A stretch of 64,000 nucleotides of DNA from Tubulanus polymorphus (GCF_964204645.1 NC_134029.1:14502950-14566949), one strand, 5' to 3'; shown: positions 51,282 through 64,000, counted from the first letter of the stretch. Numbers and translations are program-made. The notes: generated by a model from the letters alone, not told the origin.

Positions 51282-52082
51282 GTTCCACAATCTCTTTCAC
51301 CAACCCATGCCTCGACCCCGCTTCCCAGCTCCCCGTTTTTAAGTTTGCTGCGAAGAAATAGAAAATTCATTTGCAAAATGAATCAAAAAATAGATCTATT
51401 ATAAGCTGTCAGTTAACACTCACATCCGCATTACGTCTTGCCTATATTTACACGTCTTTCTCATTTCGTCTAATATCGCTGTCGTACTCAGCGAAATGTT
51501 GGCAATTTGGAGGTCACTTTCGATCTAGAATTCAAAGCAAACAGTTTAATATATAGTTTTACCATAACCGAGTACAGAAATTAGTGAGAATAGGGCTTGT
51601 ATCTTACTCGTTTAGATGTTTTCTGAACTGATGGCACTTTCATGCCATTTAGTTGCTCGATAGAACACGCATTTCTGAATATCGGCTAGAAAAACAAGAG
51701 CTAGGCTTAAAGACTGACACAACGAGGTTCCCTTAACCGAATTTTGGCACTTACTCTTAATTGCTTTCGCTCTTCGGTCATTTTTTTTTTGGTCGGTGGC
51801 TGATGTTGATGGTGGCTACGATTGTTTAGTGTGGGTGCCGGATTTTGTTGTTCTGGTGCCGGATTGTAGCCGTTCATTAGGAAATTCCATCGACCAAAAT
51901 CGTCATTATAGGTTTGATAATCTGAACCATAAAGTGAAATACTTAAGACCGAAACAATCGCCGTGAAAATCCGTGTTCTGCCGCATGTGCCAGGCTTCAC
52001 CCAGTCCTGAGAATGGCCGCTTCGCGGAGCTCCGTATACTGCCTATACTAAAGAGCTCGCGTGAACCACCCACCCAGTCATG

Positions 52083-52368
52083 TAGTCGTTATTTTACGTC
52101 GAAATTGCCGACTAGCGCTCAGTCGGCACTTTACCCACTCAGTACTCGGCAACTACTCATCCGATTTCAATAAATAAACTACCTACACTGACCTTATGTT
52201 GTTATCTTTTCATTGTTTACACTCCAAAGAATATATTTGAAGTTCAAGTGGCTGGAAATTGCCTCTAGAAATATTTTAGTACTGCTTTTGGTTCCTCGCG
52301 AGACTCATCCGCATTAAAAAATCAATCTTAGCAACACAACAATAGATACCGCTCTGCGCGACTCGTGG
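52083..52368. repeat. ~285-bp inverted repeat, partner at 59243-59531
   Basis: TAGTCGTTATTTTACGTCG...GACTCGTGGA and its reverse complement. Confidence 0.9.
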
Positions 52369-52485
52369 AATTTTTATTTTTTATAATTTTTAATTATAAT
52401 TTAATTATTATAATTATATAATTATTTAATTATTATAATTATTATATTAATCATATAATTATTAAAATTATTATAATTTGATTAT

Positions 52486-52567
52486 AATTTTTATAAAACG
52501 TGCCTGGCACTTTACTGAGAACCTTATAAGGTTCTCAGTAAAGTGCCAGGCACGTTTTATAAAAATT
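52486..52567. repeat. Perfect 82-bp spacerless palindrome
   Basis: Centre CCTTA|TAAGG at 52526/52527. Confidence 0.95.
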
Positions 52568-52922
52568 TTAATTATGAAGTTGTACTTCGCTTTTTATGAA
52601 ATAGAGAATGCCTCGATTGAGTTACAAGATTATAAATCATATTAAGATTACGTCGCTTACCTGTTGGTTGCCACATTTTGAAGGATGTTCTGTGTGCGAC
52701 TAAATGCGGGAGACTGTTGTCACCGAGAAACTGCTTCTCCTGTTGTTTTTCCGTCCTAGTTACCGTTCGTTCAAAATCGACGTGCGATTATAAAAAGATT
52801 GGCTCAAGTCCATTAGCCTATAGCATTAAATAGTTCCAGCAGAGACTTATCACATTGGACTGGTATTTGGAATTAATCCGCCAATATTGGACTGATTGAA
52901 TCTTACGACATTACGCCATAGG

Positions 52923-53015
52923 TTCACCAAGAACCTTAGTGTCTGTGATGTACCAATTGGTTACACTAGGATCGTAGATCACTGGTGGAGACAACCACTG
53001 CCAGTGCTGGGTGAA
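52923..53015. mobile_element. 93-bp mini insertion with 8-bp TSD GCCATAGG and TTCACC/GGTGAA ends
   Basis: The empty site CATTACGCCATAGGACGTG is seen in the paralogous repeat at ~60026-60044. Confidence 0.7.
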
Positions 53016-53945
53016 GCCATAGGACGTGCGGCTCAACTCCAGAACAGGTAAAAGTAGAGATCTATCAATCCTAAATATCGGCCGATTCTACTCGTCGACA
53101 ATGTCTACAACCCCGATTGTCGTCCGATTCTACTCGTCGACAATGTCTACAACCCCGATTGTCGTCCGATATAGAGTGGCCGGGATCGAGGGGCTGCGTG
53201 TGTGCGTGGATTATTACCCTTATATAGAGTGGCCGGGATCGAGGGGCTGCGTGTGTGCGTGGATTACCCTTATATATAGCGCGTTCGATTTCCTAACTCA
53301 CATTTACTCGGGGATTCCCGGGTAACTAATCGAACGCACCCGGGTTTCCCCGAGTTACGGTGGATAAACAAACGACTTTGGGTAAAGTCAATCAATGTCA
53401 ATTAAACTTTATTGATCCGTATGAATACAAACAAGGTATACAAAACTAATACACTACACGCAGCGATCATACAGAAAGCGAAAAAAGTATTAAAAATACA
53501 CAAAGCAGAATTATATGTTTATTTTGGAGAAACCACGGCTTATACGCGATATTACGCCTAACTTTCACGGTCCATCTGCTTCCAGATAGTTTAATGTTCG
53601 ACAATCTGAATCTTAATACTCCATCTATCGGAACAGCTAATTAAATATTATACCATAGGAATAATTCTAAGTAAAGAAATACATTTTACAATATAGCAAT
53701 ATTCAATTTAGTTGTATTTTTTCTAATGCGATGCGGTAACATTCAGAGGCCAGATTTTTCATCGCTCAGAGATTTATGTCACTTTCATTAGAGGACAGAA
53801 AGAGATACGCTCAGTCTGTATCGATTGAGATTGATTAAATTCTGGCAGTACATTGCAGGTTTCCATAAAATAAACTTTTGTGGTTGTTAGTAAGGGTGTA
53901 AATCGAATCGGATTGAATTTACTCGGGTATACCCGAGTAAGTGTC

Positions 53946-55146
53946 ATGGCATCTTTTAGAAAGAAAAAAACTATTCTGGCGCTTGTGCTCTTTCTGAGAC
54001 AGTATTCTCGTAGACCTTTCGGGCTTTTATCAAACAGTGATGCACTGATCTTTTTGAATGACAGGCGGGCAAAGGTGCCTCGAATAGAAAATTACGTTGA
54101 AGAAACCGTCCCATCCTACTCTTTCGACGATTTCATGTCACATTTTCGTTTAGAAAGAACGACGTTTGAGAATATATTACGACAGATTTCGGTATGCGAC
54201 GAAATGCGAACGGCAGGTCATGGACGTGAACCTATACCACATGAAAAACAGCTTCTTCTGTTTCTATGGTACCTAGGTGGGTGTCTCCAGCCCATTCATT
54301 TACTGTTGTATAAATCAAATGATGTAATAAAGAAATTTAAAAATTTGTTTTGTTCACCAGGCACTCCAGAGTCCTTCAGATCGTTGGCTGATCGATTCAA
54401 CGTATCCAAATCCACTGCCCATGGTACTATCAAAAAGCTGATATCAGCCATGAAGAATAATTTGATGGATCTGTATATAAGGTGGCCAGATGAACGAAGA
54501 AAACGGGCGATATCGGCAGGTTTCGTGCAGATTTCCCGGCGCAGTTGGTTGCGTTGATGGATGCCATATACCCATTAGAGCACCACGAAAGAATCCATCA
54601 TCGTACGTCAACAGAAAGAAATTCCACTCGGTGGTTCTTCAAGGAATCTGCGACCACACCCTCAGGTTTACTCACGTCTATGCAGGGAGGCCCGGGTGTA
54701 CACATGACGCGTGAGTACAACGCAATTCGATGATCTACAGAAATTCAGACGAATTATTTGACGACGACTTTTTACTTGGAGACTCAGCATATCCTCTTGA
54801 ATCATGGCTGATCACACCATTTAAGGATTATGGGAACTTAACCAACAACCAAAAAGCATTCAATCGTCGACTCAGTTCAGCAAGAGTGGCTATAGAAAGA
54901 GCTTTTGGCCAGTTAAAGGGACGATTCCGAAGATTGAAAGATAACTTCGACGTTTCCGACTTCTAACTAATGATCGGCAGCATTTTGTGTGCGTGTATCC
55001 TACACAACATCTGTATTGAAATGAACGACGAGAGCATTGATGTAGCTGAATTTGAAGATGTCAATTACAACCTAGAACGACCATATAACCATGGACAGGG
55101 TGGTGCAGAGCGACGACAACACATTATTGATCTGTTACAGGCATAG
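53946..55146 (+). pseudogene. Harbinger DDE transposase (HARBI1-like), probable intron 54277-54360, frameshifts/stop
   Basis: FMSHFRL, VGCVDGCHIPI, YVNRKKFHSVVLQGICD, GCTHDA, LLGDSAYPL, SSARVAIERAFGQLKGRFRRL. Confidence 0.92.
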
Positions 55147-55380
55147 ATTCCGCTTGTCACTTCTTGACTTCAATAGAATAATTCGATATTACACTTTTTC
55201 AAATTATTTATAAGTTTATTATTAACTTCGACATGTAAAATATTTATTCTAAACTTCAACAAATAAATACAAATGCATTGTGTATAAAATTAGACATTAT
55301 TTCTAAAATAACAAACATTACTTTGAACTAAGTAAAACAAGGGTAACATGAAACCATATCAAGCCAACAAACTTTGAAAA

Positions 55381-55860
55381 TTACAATTTTTCTGCAATTT
55401 TATTCATTACTGCGAGGGTTTCTTGATGCATCCGTTCAAACGTTTCATGGATAGATTTGTCTCTTATTTCCATGTATTCAAGGATTTGAGACACAGTAGG
55501 TTTCCCTTTCTTGCATGGCTTCTCCCCTGATGTAGTAGGAGCTTTACGCTTTCTTGAGCCATCAGAATTTGAATCTCCATCATCATCGCTATCATTAACA
55601 AGATTATTATTTTCATGCATTTGATCGGCAAATACAAATTTTGTCGGTTTTGACCCAGTTTTATTATTTAACTGTACATAATTCCTATACGCTTTCTTTA
55701 AATTCTTCCATTTATCAACACATTTTTCGGATGGAATATTCATCTCCTCTGCAATTTTGCGCCACACCTTTGTTTTGTTGTGTGCAGCGTTGAGATCATC
55801 AAAATTGTCCTTTATCACTGCAAGAAGTTTTCTTGTTGACACAACAGTCCAATCATATCT
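55381..55860 (-). CDS. Harbinger Myb/SANT-like DNA-binding protein, last exon (upstream exons probably ~55950-56025 and ~57175-57285)
   Basis: WT...KLL..KTKVWRKIAEEM..EKCVDKWKNLKKAYR..NNKTG trihelix motif; splice acceptor TTTCAG near 55862. Confidence 0.85.
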   Translation of the reverse strand, partial: RYDWTVVSTRKLLAVIKDNFDDLNAAHNKTKVWRKIAEEMNIPSEKCVDKWKNLKKAYRNYVQLNNKTGSKPTKFVFADQMHENNNLVNDSDDDGDSNSDGSRKRKAPTTSGEKPCKKGKPTVSQILEYMEIRDKSIHETFERMHQETLAVMNKIAEKL

Positions 55861-58800
55861 CACTGAAAAAAAAAATTTACAATCTAAAATACAACCTGTT
55901 GTTTTTACCAAAACCACATGCGAATTACCATATTAAATTAATGCTTACCATTATTTCATTGAACACTGATGGTGATTTATCTTCCACTTCTGATACTGCT
56001 GTCCGATTATTGCTGGGTGCATTCACTTAAGAGAAATAAAAAAAGAAATTGCAGGTATAAATTAACACTTTCATGCAGTACAGTTTAAAGAAAACAAACT
56101 GTTTCTTGCTATGATGTGATTGTCAAAGTTCAGATCATTTTTAAACTGAACCTTGACTATCTGTTACTTGAACTAGGGGTCCAGGAACACCATGCGGCCC
56201 ACTTGGGAAATGGTTTCAAATGCTCAACAAAGTAACAATTTCAACATTAGCCCCAAAGTGGGCTAAAAATGAAAGGCAAATCATTAAGTTTGAAAAAAAT
56301 TTTAGAAGGAGGGAAATTGAGGAATAGAATAAAAAACTCACCAGTACTTGGCAAAATATCTCGGGGTACTTGAATAAATATGTGCTCATTTGTTGGTATA
56401 TCATGGTATGTAGGGTAATCTGCTTTTATTTGTGCTGTAACCGTGGGAATGTCTGAAATGGCAAGCAATCAAGTTAAAATCCAAGCATAATTTGTATTAG
56501 GTCTGGTATGTATTTCCTCTTCTTAAAACATAAAATGATGCAATATGAATAGCATTATAAAAAAAAGTCTGATTCCAATGGAATTAAGGTATCAGTTTAT
56601 CAGGTATGATGATTTCGTTATACAATTATTTTCGGTCACAAAGCAACAACCTACTTTCAAGAACTTTTTGCATGTTTATATTTATGATCGATAGATGGCC
56701 CTACTAGTAGCCTTCAGCAAATGCCAAGCAATAGAGAGAAGCTGACATAGCATGTACAATCCGATTGTAATCCTTAAATCTCAAGACCAACACATCGCAA
56801 TCGAAACTTCTGAAAGCAATATAAATATTATAAGTTGATTTATAAAACGTTGATCGGTGAAAAAAAATCTATGAAATTTAAATGTTCATTCATTTTCCTG
56901 ATGTTAGAATATATCAAACGTAAAAAAATAATGGAATCATGAAAACATGAAAACATCGGACCAAAACATCCTTGAAGACCCGGACACCGAGGCGCGTTGG
57001 TGATGGTAAACTGATACCTCAACCCCAGAGTCCTAAACAATTTAGTTCAATTCATATTTCAACAACTAAAAATGAATTTTCATTGAATTGAATTGCCCCG
57101 AGCAGTTGAAGACTTAACAAATCACCATTAAATTGGATATAATGTTTTGAAATTTATGTTTACATATAATACTTACTATCTTTTATCCATAAATATGCAT
57201 CATTCGACTCGCATATCGCATTTACTACTCCGAATCCCTTTATATTCAAAGCAAATCGAATAACGTCCACCATCTTGCCCGCCATTTTTTGTCGAAGTAA
57301 CTCACTCGGCGAGCAGGTTACTTCGGGCTCACTCGGGGAAGGCCGGAAGTACCACGTGACAGACAAAACGAACGCTACTCGGGCTTCCCTGAGTTAACTC
57401 CGGGCTACCCGAGTAGGATAATCGAACGCCCTATTAGAGTGGCTGGGATCGAGGGGCCGCGTGTGTGAGTGGATCACCCTTATAGCCTATAGAGTGGCTG
57501 GGATCGAGGGGCCGCGTGTGTGCGTGGATCACCATTATATAAAGTGGCTGGGATCGAGGGGTGGTGTGTGCGTGGATTACCCTTATATAGAGTGGCTGCT
57601 ATCGAGGGGCTGCGTGTGTGCGTGGATCACCCTTATATAGAGTGGCTGGGATCGAGGAGCCGCGTGTGTAAGTGGATCACCCTTATATAGAGTGGCTGCT
57701 ATCGAGGGGCTGCGTGTGTGCGTGGATGACCCTTTATAATGAGTGGCCGGGATCGAGGGGCTGCGTGTGTGTGTGGATCACCCTTATATAAAGGCTGGGA
57801 GCGAGGGGTGGTGTGTGCGTGGATTACCCTTATATAGAGTGGCTGCGTGTGTGCGTGGATTACCCTTAGAATGAGTGGCCGGGATCGAGGGGCTGCGTGT
57901 GTGCGTGGATTACCCTTATATAGAGTGGCTGGGATCGAGGGGCTGCGTGTGTGCGTGGATAACGGGTTTTCTGAGCAGGCGTGCTATTCATAATTTGAAA
58001 AGTGGATGATAGAAATAATATCAATGCGGGATACGCATTTGATGTGTCAAGTCCCACCAATACGGTTTAACATATCATAATTTATAGTTATGGTCAAATT
58101 GGGGGTTACTCGGGTCGTTTAGTTGTCTGTGGAGTCGAGTAGATTGGTTACCCGTCTGTAACATAGGTTACGGAAACGACTCGTCAGCTTGATGAGTTGT
58201 ATGTATTATGAATGTGCGCCACTTGCATTTTCCGAAATAATGTTCATAGAATTATTTGAAGGGACGATTGAAATCAATTATCAACGTGCATCTGAATATG
58301 TGATAGTCCTTGGTAACTTTCCGTTGCAGAGGGCATAGAAAAGATTTTGAAATTATTTAATTAAAATATAAATTTTATATATGAAAAATAAACTATCATC
58401 AGTACAAATTGAAAATGCATAGTGTATGTTTAAGAACAAGCTTACATAGCTTACAGAATACATCACGTACATTTGAATTTTATAAGTGCTGGGTAAAAAT
58501 CAACGTGTGACAGAAAACATGTAGTTAATTATTTAACGATATCGAAATATGTGCTCTCTTTTTAAACTTATGGAGTGATACGCAATTAATCGCATGACCT
58601 GTATTAAAAGATATAGCATACAAGTTTTCATATTTATAAGTCAAAACATGTGAACAGAAACTACAACTTTGATGTCAGTGACCAGTATGGAATTACACAA
58701 GTACAATTGGCTTTAAACGCAACAAACATTATCAAAGAATGTTTCAAACGAAATGCTTTATATAACAACATGAATAAACTTGTTTTACAAAACAAGAAAG

Positions 58801-59631
58801 TACATTTTGAATTTTTGAATGGTCGAATCCCATTTATTCACAGTAACCTGTGATTTGGCGATTCTGGGAGCCATCCTTCTTGATGACGTCACTAAAGAGT
58901 GGTCACGGCCGTACGCGTGTACTCATTTCGGTGCCCGCACGCTTATTCGCGGAGCGGGACATAGTGACGCTGCGCCCCGATTCACTGAGAACCTTAGTGT
59001 CAGTGGTATATCGCTAACGCGACCCCTGACACTAAGTCGCGGAAGCCATATACGCGGTGATTTTAAATTCTTTTGAATTCAATTCTAATTATATCATCAC
59101 TACTCAGCTCTCATTCAACCGATTTCAAAAAATAAACCATCATCGCAAACCTCTGATCTTTCTTGTTCTTACTGTTGTGTTTATTTAGTCATTTTCACAT
59201 CGTATTTTGTGTATGAAACGATTTTTCATGACTTGTCAAATATCCACGAGTCGCGCAGAGCGGTATCTATTGTAGTGTTGCTAAGATATTGATTTTTTCA
59301 TGCGGATGAGTCTCACGAGGAACCAAAAGCAATACTAAAATATTTCTAGAGGCAATTTCCAGCCACTTGAACTTCAAATATATTCTTTGGAGTGTAAACA
59401 ATGAAAAGATAACAACATAAGGTCAGTGTAGGTAGTTTATTTATTGAAATCGGATGAGTAGATGCCGAGTACTGAGTGGTTAAAGTGCCGACTGAGCGCC
59501 AGTCGGCAATTTCGACGTAAAATAACGACTAATGTCTATTTCAACCTGACTTGAGAGCATTCCGGGTGGCCTAGCTCGCTAATTTCTGGTAGTACATACC
59601 TGATAAAGGTCTTAGTAGGACCAGAAAGGAC

Positions 59632-59917
59632 CAGCAGTCAACCTAAATCATCATTTTTAATCCATTTGAAACTGTATTGAAGGATATCCAAAAAGTCTTC
59701 ATTGAGAGGGGTTCATGGGCGAAAAGAGACTCCATGATTTGAAAGTCTGCCTACCAACTGAAGTTTGGTATGTAGGCATGGAAACATATTGTTAAACTTT
59801 CAAATCATGGAGTTACTTCTCTTCATTTAGGCTAACCCCTTTCAGTGAAGACTTTTTGGATATCCTTCAATACAGTTTCAAATGGATTAAAAAATGACGA
59901 TTTAGGTCGACTGCCTG
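59632..59917. mobile_element. Foldback MITE, ~80-bp+ TIRs
   Basis: GCAGTCAACCTAAATC...TTCATTGA and its reverse complement at 59835-59914. Confidence 0.75.
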
Positions 59918-60096
59918 TCAATTATGGAAGTCCATTATGGCATTAAATATTTCCAGCGGAGACTTATCACATTGGACTGGTATTTGGAATTAATCCGCCA
60001 ATATTGGACTGATTGAATCTTACGACATTACGCCATAGGACGTGCGGCTCAACTCCAGAACAGGTAAAAGTAGAGATCTATCAATCCTAAATGTCG

Positions 60097-60497
60097 GCCG
60101 ATTCTACTCGTCGACAATGTCTACAACCCCGATTGTCGTCCGATTCTACTCGTCGACAATGTCTACAACCCCGATTGTCGTCCGATTCTACTCGTCGACA
60201 ATGTCTACAACCCCGATTGTCGACCGATTCTACTCGTCGACAATGTCTACAACCCCGATTGTCGTCCGATTCTACTCGTCGACAATGTCTAGAACCCCGA
60301 TTGTCGTCCGAATCTACTCGTCGACAATGTCTACAACCCCGATTGTCGACCGATTCTACTCGTCGACAATGTCTACAACCCCGATTGTCGTCCGATTCTA
60401 CTCGTCGACAATGTCTGCAATCCTGATTGTCGACCGATTTTACTCGTCGACAATGTCTACAACCCCGATTGTCGACCGATTCTACTCGTCGACAATG
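60097..60497. repeat. 42-bp tandem repeat (~9.5 units; 2 units at 53082-53168)
   Basis: Unit CCGATTCTACTCGTCGACAATGTCTACAACCCCGATTGTCGT. Confidence 0.95.
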
Positions 60498-61372
60498 TGT
60501 TTGTTTTTTAGCGATGCAGCGGAACTAATAAGGAACATTTTGATATATAACATGACCATAGTACACTATCCCTGATGGAATAATAAGCTCCACTCGACAA
60601 ACTCGTTCCCCTGCATTGTTATCTGTTTCAGCACACAGCTCCTTTACCATCAATGCCTAACCCCTGTTCGAGCAACTTTTTTTCCTTTGAAATATAAGCC
60701 TAATTGTAAAAGATAAGCATCTAAGTTAATGCTGCATCTTTATCATGAAACCTAAGAAAGATTATTCTATTATTTAGGCCTATTCAAAATTTCTGTCCAC
60801 TACTACCAGGTGGAAAAAAGACCCAGTCAAAATTGTGCATCACGCTTTGACGAAGAAATTGGTTCTAGGCTATAAATTTTACGACTCAAAGAATCTTTTT
60901 CTCTAAAAAAACCGCTTTTTGTTTGATGCAAAATGAGTAGTTAGGGTATGTCACTATTGGGCCACAGTGGAGGTGGAGGAGGAGTGAGGAGGACTTTCTT
61001 AAGACGTTTGTCTTAAGACGTATGTCTTAAGACGTTTGTCTTGAGATTTTTTTCTCAAGATTTTTTCCTCAAGATTTTTTTCTCAAGATATTTTCCTCAA
61101 GATATTTTTCTTGAGATTTTTTTTTCTCAAGATTTTTTTTTTTCTTTAGGGGAGGTTGGAGAATCCAAATCAATTCAGTGGTCTGATTAATTCCCTAGAT
61201 GGCGTCACTATTACGCGATCCTATGCGTATGTGGAGGGGAGAGGGAAGTGAAGTTGAATCCTAGATGGCGCTTTCTTTTCCAGAAATCCCGAGTACGAGT
61301 GAAACGAAGAAACCACAAAAAACGAACAAAAACAATATAAAACAATAAGAAAAAAAAAACCTTTATTGACCG

Positions 61373-61936
61373 TTAAAATTCACAATTTACACACGATTTC
61401 ACTCCAAATTCCTTCGCGCACGAAATATGAATATAAGTACCGCAGCAGTCTGTCTTTTGTCTAGTAATTTCCAAACATACCGAACACGTATTCATTTTAA
61501 AAAAATTGGTTCTAAAAGTAAAACAAAAGTTTTCTTCGTACCCGTCATACGTACCGACATCTCTTAAACACGACCAACATATAGTTTTATCAAAACGATG
61601 AAGCAAATGCTCTCGCGCGTGACAGCGATAACAGTCTTTTTTCGCTATACGTTTGATAATCCTAAAATGCGCCACACAATCCTCGATAGGGCATTCGAAA
61701 TCATGTTGAACGCTTAACCACCGAGCATTCACTAACCAGCAATCTTGACAAATCGGTTTCTTGCAACACGTCGTTACTTGAAAACTAACGTATGTAATTG
61801 ACGTATTACAATATTTGCAAATTGCAAATCCGGTAGACCAGTCGATATATTCAGAGTCGATATGTTCCGTGGTAACTGATCCTTTGCGGAAAATATTTTC
61901 AACGGTGAAAAATTTGCCAGACATTTTGTAAATCAC
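61373..61936 (-). CDS. Cys-rich protein with two RING-like fingers
   Basis: CKYC..TTCCKKPICQDC..CP; CYRC..ICWSC; CSVC..TDCCGTYIHISC..CVNC; AATAAA downstream. The true start is probably the ATG near 61924. Confidence 0.7.
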   Translation of the reverse strand: MIYKMSGKFFTVENIFRKGSVTTEHIDSEYIDWSTGFAICKYCNTSITYVSFQVTTCCKKPICQDCWLVNARWLSVQHDFECPIEDCVAHFRIIKRIAKKDCYRCHAREHLLHRFDKTICWSCLRDVGTYDGYEENFCFTFRTNFFKMNTCSVCLEITRQKTDCCGTYIHISCAKEFGVKSCVNCEF

Positions 61937-62293
61937 GTTTTGTTTATGCGTGTGTTAGCGAGCGAGTGTAAGCGAGTGAGTGAGCTATCGGTTAAAACCG
62001 GGCTCAATATTACGTGTTCCTGTGTACGTGCGCGCGCAAGCGCGAGCGTGTGTGTGTGTGTGTGTGTGAGAGGGAGGAGGGAAAGTGGGAGATAATTCCT
62101 AGATGGCGTCTTTTAACGGCTATTGTGAAATCATGAACGAGTTTGGGCGAACAATATTTAGCAATAACAAGTGAAACCGTAAATCGTGTTCGGGCAAGTC
62201 ATTTTCTGACAATAAAAACGCGATGTAAATCCATAAATTAATCATTCTGCTCAGAGACTTTGAACAATCAACATCGATCTGTATCAACATACA

Positions 62294-63036
62294 TGATGGA
62301 TTCGACTAGTGGACAAACTACCTTAGAAATATGTAGTACACCAAAGTCATCTACTCAATCTAGAAAAAGAAAACGCCCTTCGCACAAACTCGACTTTAGT
62401 AAGTTTCTACTTAAAAAGAAAAAACTATCTTGTAGCTTAACGGTTCAACTCAATTCTATGAGCCATTTTCAAAAAAATCTACTATTGATATTGGACAGCC
62501 ACTTGTCTATGGAAGCCAAGTTTCTACTTCTTTTCCGTATTTGAGATCGTAGTTTTTATAAAGACGCATACCGATATAGAATATTTTATTGTTTTATAGG
62601 TTCAATCGTTAATGACAACGCAGTCGCGGGCCCGTCGAAAGTTCAACGGAATACCTGGAACAATGACCCCGAGCCTCATTATTTAGGATCGCTTGTATAT
62701 GCCAGTGCTAAAACGTGGCAGGGGGGCAAAACGTATAGATTTGCGATCTTTCGAATGCTGTGAACGAAGAAAACAACTGTACCCCACTAAAAACGGTATT
62801 AATTTGGATCTCCAAGAGTGGGTAGGCTACATATAGATTATTGTAAAGCCGATATCGAACACGAAATTGCGCGCGTTAAAGAAGACATCGATTACGTAGG
62901 CGTGATGACCGTTGGTCGTTCGAACTTTATCAAAATATATAGATCTAGTCACGATCACCGTATTTACGTAGATATCCGAAAATACGATCTACAACTAACT
63001 AACATTAGAACAATGGAAAAAATTGAAAGACATTAA
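62294..63036 (+). pseudogene. PC4-like ssDNA-binding protein (tandem PC4 domains), probably spliced and frameshifted
   Basis: Manual translation AKTWQGGKRIDLRSF..LYPTKNGINL and RIYVDIRKY; polypyrimidine/AG acceptor at ~62600. Confidence 0.6.
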
Positions 63037-64000
63037 TTTTACAGAAGATATATCCGAACTGGCTAATATGAGACCGTGCTGGTATGATTCGAGTCACTCG
63101 AATCAGGAATACAGGTGCCCGTACTGCGCAAAAGACACAAGCGGGTTAGAAAAGCACCTGAATACGGTATAATGATAACCCAAGTATAATTAAAGTAATT
63201 TAAAAGATTCCATCACAGATAATAACTAGATAATATTTATATAAAAGCTGATTAAAATGTGTAAAAATACATCAACCATTGTGAGGAATCGGTTAGAATT
63301 TATATACGTTGTTTGGCGTTAAACTCTCCGGTAGCAATAAGTATCCGAAATGACTAATCCAGGACTTCATTAAGATCCGCTCTGACCAAGAGAGGAGTTT
63401 CTATCTTTTACGAATTTTTATACGTAGCGACACATTCGTCATCTACCGGATTGTATAATTAAAAGCCATAACCCGTGTATATGTATAATACTTTTGGAAA
63501 AAAAAATTATGTTTTTTAGATGAACGAGTAAATAATAAACTTGCAATGTATATAATATTTCATATCTGTCTCATTTTATTCGGATTCACTCCATAATAAT
63601 CAAGCATTTTGTCGTTGGCCAGACCCCTTGATACAATATATCATCTATGAACGTAATTAAGTAATTGAGAAACAAATACCATTGACCCATTGTTAGCATC
63701 TGCCATCTGAAATATCTGGTCAGTACCCTCGATGATATGTGACGGAATATGCAGGATGAAAATTACGCAATTAAGTAATTGAGAAACAAAAACCATTGAC
63801 CCGTTGTTAGCATCTGCCGATTAAGTTATTTAGATCAGAGACACAACCGCGATGGGGGAAATTAAGTATGAGCAAACCAACTAAAGTATACCCATTTCGA
63901 GTTTGTTGATTGTTCTTATCACTGACGCGATTAAGCTGTTTTGAAAACCTAGACTAGCAACAGATGGTTTTCTACGGCGAGTTTATAGAAATATAATTTA

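Larger units (their letters stand above)
53279..57431. mobile_element. PIF/Harbinger DNA transposon, full-length but degenerate
   Basis: TIRs G(C/G)GCGTTCGATT..CCTA(A)CTC; convergent transposase and Myb/SANT genes; inserted at a TA-rich site. Confidence 0.9.
53170..57960. repeat. ~51-bp minisatellite (53170-53278 and 57432-57960) split by the Harbinger
   Basis: Unit TATAGAGTGGCTGGGATCGAGGGGCTGCGTGTGTGCGTGGATCACCCTTA. Confidence 0.9.
60936..64000. mobile_element. Terminus of a second, unrelated Polinton/Maverick (right extent unknown)
   Basis: Begins AGTAGTT exactly where the 20036-type repeat is interrupted; short subterminal repeats at 60997-61140; RING-like and PC4 genes follow. Confidence 0.6.

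Noticed and set aside
57432-57960. 51-bp repeats as CRISPR or coding repeat
   Set aside because: Head-to-tail minisatellite without spacers.
60097-60497. 42-bp repeats as a CRISPR array
   Set aside because: The units are contiguous with no unique spacers, there are no cas genes, and the context is eukaryotic.

Overview
Repeat-dense animal genomic DNA, probably from a marine invertebrate (inference). No host gene is recognisable. The window is dominated by three diverged, decaying copies of a very AT-rich Polinton/Maverick (adintovirus-like) element. Recognisable genes are a pPolB C-terminus, penton, major capsid remnant, A32-type packaging ATPase, rve integrase with chromodomain, HNH nuclease, zinc-finger proteins and several hydrophobic ORFs. 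The copies appear to lie head-to-tail, joined at a terminal palindrome: copy 0 right end at ~4.9-7.15 kb (mirrored at 1-2.2 kb by a 6.5-kb inverted duplication), copy A at ~7.15-40.66 kb, and copy B at ~43.78-51.28 kb. Most gene starts in this element are TAAATG, often behind a T-tract, which is the poxvirus post-replicative promoter architecture. Together with the hairpin termini, this suggests an endogenous poxvirus/NCLDV-dependent Polinton-like virus. Other elements are layered on top: Helentron-type non-autonomous elements (some with CTCF-motif arrays), a near full-length LINE, a PIF/Harbinger transposon, a Penelope fragment with a hammerhead ribozyme, several MITEs/foldbacks and minisatellites. 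The left end of a second, unrelated Polinton (AGTAGT terminus, RING-like and PC4 genes) starts at 60936. All family calls come from motif recognition by eye; no searches were run.
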